In this document: positions 60,102 through 64,000 of the stretch, in pieces
How positions within the stretch are numbered: position 1 is the stretch's first letter
Layout of the letters: every line of letters begins with the position of its first letter
NCBI GenBank assembly: GCA_022605425.2
Contig: CM061247.1
Coordinates: 186,001-250,000 of the forward strand
From: Hamiltosporidium tvaerminnensis FI-OER-3-3
Lineage: Eukaryota; Fungi; Microsporidia
Direction: 5' to 3'
Length of the DNA: 64,000 nucleotides
Notes under the pieces: model-generated
What the model saw: the letters and a program-made list of their open reading frames with translations, nothing else
What the model was told of the DNA's origin: nothing
Databases searched by the model: none
Program-made: the position numbers and the translations under genes

Positions 60102-61295
60102 GGAATATATTTTGCTATTCCTTCAATATATAAACGATAGTCTAGATCCTTGTATGCTTCAATTTTTTTAAGGTCTAGATTTTTTAATTACAGACTTTTC
60201 TAAATTTTCAAAATTGGCATTTAAACAAATATTAGGTATAATATTGTTCATCATTGTATGTTTTATAGGGTATCATATATTCTATTAGCATAGTTATTAA
60301 ATATTTTATTTTACCGAATTTGAACATATATTCAGTTACTGTGTGACTCTTGTATGCCAAATAAGTAAGGAATAAACTAATTTTTATTCTTTGTAACTTT
60401 GAACAAATAGACAGGAAACGTTTGTATTTTACATTTAATATGTATTACAATGTTATTAAATCTAATATTTGGTTAGAAAAAAATATTTATTCAAACTGCT
60501 TAATTTGAGCTTTCAAAATCGTTAATATAACCGTACTAAAGATTTTATGATATATTTTGCCACATTCAAAACCAAAACAATTAAGAAAGAAAGCAAGCAT
60601 TATTTACCGACAGTTAAAGATGAAAGGTGTATTATTTGACTGAAATAACTTCAAAATACAAGTTTGCAATATGCAGCAATTTTTTACAAATAAATCCTAT
60701 CAAAATATTGTTCTTCAGCAAACCAGAAATTACAAATTAGTGGCTTTTAAATGAAATAAGCGTTCGGTTTTTTAGTTTAACTTTTAGATTTATTGTTATA
60801 AATCGGATTCATTAGAACTTCATCTGCATCATTGATATAATATAACTAAAGCGTTAATAATAATGATTTGAGGAGTAAATTTTATTAATCTCATATGAAA
60901 GAAAAAAGATTAGAGATCAAATTCAAATTATCTAATCTATTGTTATAAAAGCAATTTATAATGGCTAAGCCGAATTATATATCTGTTCGTTCTATTGGAA
61001 TCTCAACTTTATTTTTACACAAATATATTCAATTATAGTTTTTAAATTCCATAAAAGTGTTTATAGAAGTACTAATAATGCGAGCAACCTTAAATATCTG
61101 TAATTAAATTCGAATACTCTCTGGTTTACAAAATTATTGCAATTTAAACAACATTTCGAAGAAAATTTATACATTGTTTATTCGCTTATAGTTCGTTCAG
61201 AAGAAATATATTAGTATAATCGATTTGTCTTATTGTTTTTCACCTCAAATCTGCACGCTCTTACTTTTTAATAATTGCAAAGAATTATTATACTT

Positions 61296-61985
61296 AGGAA
61301 GAAAAACTACCTTAATAACAGTCTCTTTCGTAATTGGGTATGGGAAATCAGCTTTTGTATTTTTATATTAAAACCGAACTGTCTTTCTTTATTTCATGAA
61401 AACTTTATGGAAGGCCTGGTCTACAAAATAGTAAACTTTTTTTTACAGAGTTACTGTTTGGTTTTTTATGTAACTAAATTTAATTAAGCTTTAAATTAAA
61501 TATACTTTAAATGCAAGAACATAAAAATCTAGCTCTAGTCACCCAAGTTAGAAGACTTGGCGCTTAAGTGATAAAAAACTTTTTTTAAATGTCTGAAAAA
61601 TAAAACTGCTGGTTTTATATTTTTTAGTATGATATTTAAACTTATAGGTAAAAATCCTATAAAATACGAAAATATATCTTATATTGAAGCCTATTTGTTA
61701 TAAAATGTATGGTTAGTAGAAATACTCCTTATATTAAAAATTAAACAAGGAATATTCGATTCGCTATCACACGAAAGGCACTGAACATTAAATAACGATA
61801 GAGAGAAATCTTCTTTATTAAACTGATTCCAAAATTATTCAGATAAAAAGCGAAAGATGGTTTTTCGTGAGTAAAATGATATAGTGGTGAAAAGTTATGT
61901 AACCTATTACTACGATAATTAAATAGAAAGAAAACATATGAAACTTGTTTGAAAAATATTTAAAATTTATTAAACAATTAAATAA
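61296..61985 (+). mobile_element. ~720-bp SINE-like family, old full-length copy
   Basis: ggtcta, gttttttatgtaact, cacccaagttagaagacttggcgc, atatatctta, atcacac, acatta and aaccta, collinear with the reverse complement of 28055-28782; ends ttaaataa. Confidence 0.72.
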
Positions 61986-64000
61986 CATAAAATTATTTAA
62001 TGATAAATATTAAACTCAGTTAGGCAATTAAATAGTTTGAATTTTAACTTCTAAGAGTTAAAAGATATCTAGAACAAGCATTCAGGAGCTTCGGAAGTTA
62101 TAAGTTAGGTTTATAATTATAATATTTATAAAGCTTTACAATTTTAATGATCGTAAACCTATATAGAAGTTTATTTTCAATTTCTTTAAAATTCCAAAAC
62201 CGTTAATTAAGTATAGAAAAAAGTTGATATTTTCAGAATAAAAAGTAATTGAAAATAGATACCGCCTTGAGCATTCACACAAATATGATCAAAAATTGAA
62301 TCAGGAAACCTTTTTTATAAAAAATTTTATTTTAGGGACTATAATGTGCAAGTTTAAAAATCCAAAAAATGAATTTTTACACCAAATCAAAATTCTTCTT
62401 TTATTCATTATGGTATTGACTCCAAAAAAGAGAAAAAATACGAATACACGTATAAATTTCTATTATTTTGAATCCCATTAAGTTTATCAGCTTCCTATAG
62501 AAACAATATATGTTTCTTGAATTAAATTATGAGTTTCTAGATAATGGATAATAGTAATACACAGATAAAGCTTAAAATTGATTATAAATAGTAGAATTTC
62601 CATCTTTTATCATAAATTTAATATTCAAGGTTTAATATGTACAAAACAACTAGATATTTTAAAATTTACGGTTTAAACAGGAAATAACATTTTTTGACAT
62701 CAAATTCAAAATTATTGGATTTAATTTGCTAAAAAGATATGTTTTTTGTAAAATAACACAATGGAATGATTTTATACTTGCATATAATGATTTCAAATTT
62801 TATATTACTTGGAAGTTTATGTGTATTTATATACAATAGATCATACTAAGCAGCATTCGTCTATCATTTTAGTCCCTTTTTAAGTTTTTTTGTTCAGTAT
62901 TTCGCAATTTTTCTACCGCTAGCAAATATTTAGATATATAGACATGCTTAAGCACGTTTTAAGAATATTATAGAAGTTAGAAATGCATCAATCTAAATAA
63001 TTTTTTTTATATTTCGGTATTAGTGAAAAATCGGATATAAATAGAATTTCGAGAAGTGTGTGACTTTTATAGTTTGAGTGTTTACCATAAAGGCATTTTT
63101 GTGTTTTAATGCATGCTAATTTTTTTAGAACATCGAAACCGATTTCCTATAATAGCAAATTAAATATTTCAAATAATACAAACATTTTAGAAGCCTAAAT
63201 TGTTGTGACTCTCGTGTTTAATTTATATTTAAATGCAAAATACACTTCTTTTATGTCTATATTCTCACAATCATCTTCATTTTAATTTATAGCTCAGAAA
63301 TGAATCGAAAATGACTTCTAAATTTTAATATATAAATAAATAATTTAATTTTAGATTTTAATATTTATATATGATTAAACTTACTAGATTTTGCTTAAAT
63401 TTGTCAACATTTAAATTAAAAAAAATTGATCTTGATGGTTGGCTAAGTGATATTAATAGCTTGAAGTTAATAATTTTTCTTTCATCAAATTAAAAAATTT
63501 ATTACTCTGTTCTGTGCCTTATATAAAAAAAACAGATTAGCATTCCATAAATTTTAAATTATACCTGAGCCATAAAGGAAAGGTAGTAACTTTTTAAAAA
63601 ATATATTTCAATTTTTTAAGCTACTGCATTACAAATTTCTTAAGAAAAAAAATATGTACCAATTGCAAATATAATGAAGTATTGTATTTTAATTTACGCA
63701 TATATTATACTTTTGCGTGAAGCTGAAACCTCTAACCTATAAAAATAAAATTTTCTTTGGAATGCCTATTACTTAGCGAAGTTATGATTCATCATTGGAT
63801 TGAGTTCCATTCGTAGGAAAGGAGCGAGCTATTAAATAAACAAATAAACATATTATACAAAATATAATACTTAAGGATGTTAACAATCAAATTCCTAAAG
63901 GTAAATATCCTCTCGAAAAAAACTAAATACTAATTAAAGTAATTCAATATAAATTTTGGTTAAAAAGGTTTTTTATTAGAATAGTTGATCTCATAAGAAG

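Overview
Very AT-rich, gene-sparse eukaryotic window. It reads as a large-genome microsporidian, Hamiltosporidium-like; this is inferred from short CCC motifs just upstream of most ATGs, compact divergent housekeeping genes, a truncated MscS, secreted LRR proteins and abundant retroelements. Recognisable genes: homeobox protein, Slp1/SUCO-type SUN protein, Sds22, MscS2-like channel, CCT2, a divergent H3/H4 pair, a Trp-repeat protein, a COG4-like protein, a P2C-like ATPase with E-to-Q changes at cation-binding positions, mRNA guanylyltransferase, RNase P p30, a long LRR protein and a frameshifted secreted protein. A 58-aa gene below the ORF-track cutoff is also present. Intergenic DNA holds many fragments of an R4-like (RT + CCHC + REL endonuclease) non-LTR retrotransposon. 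The main unexplained signal is a ~720-bp non-coding element present in 8 dispersed copies. It lacks terminal inverted repeats, an ORF and an evident tRNA head. Its best-preserved copy has a 14-bp target-site duplication (TSD), an adjacent empty-site homologue, a UUCG hairpin and a 3' TTAAATAA end like the LINE's, so it is a candidate SINE-like structured RNA mobilised by that LINE. A separate 237-bp RTE-derived mini-element with a TSD lies at the start of the window. Coordinates of degenerate copies are approximate, and all alignments were done by eye.
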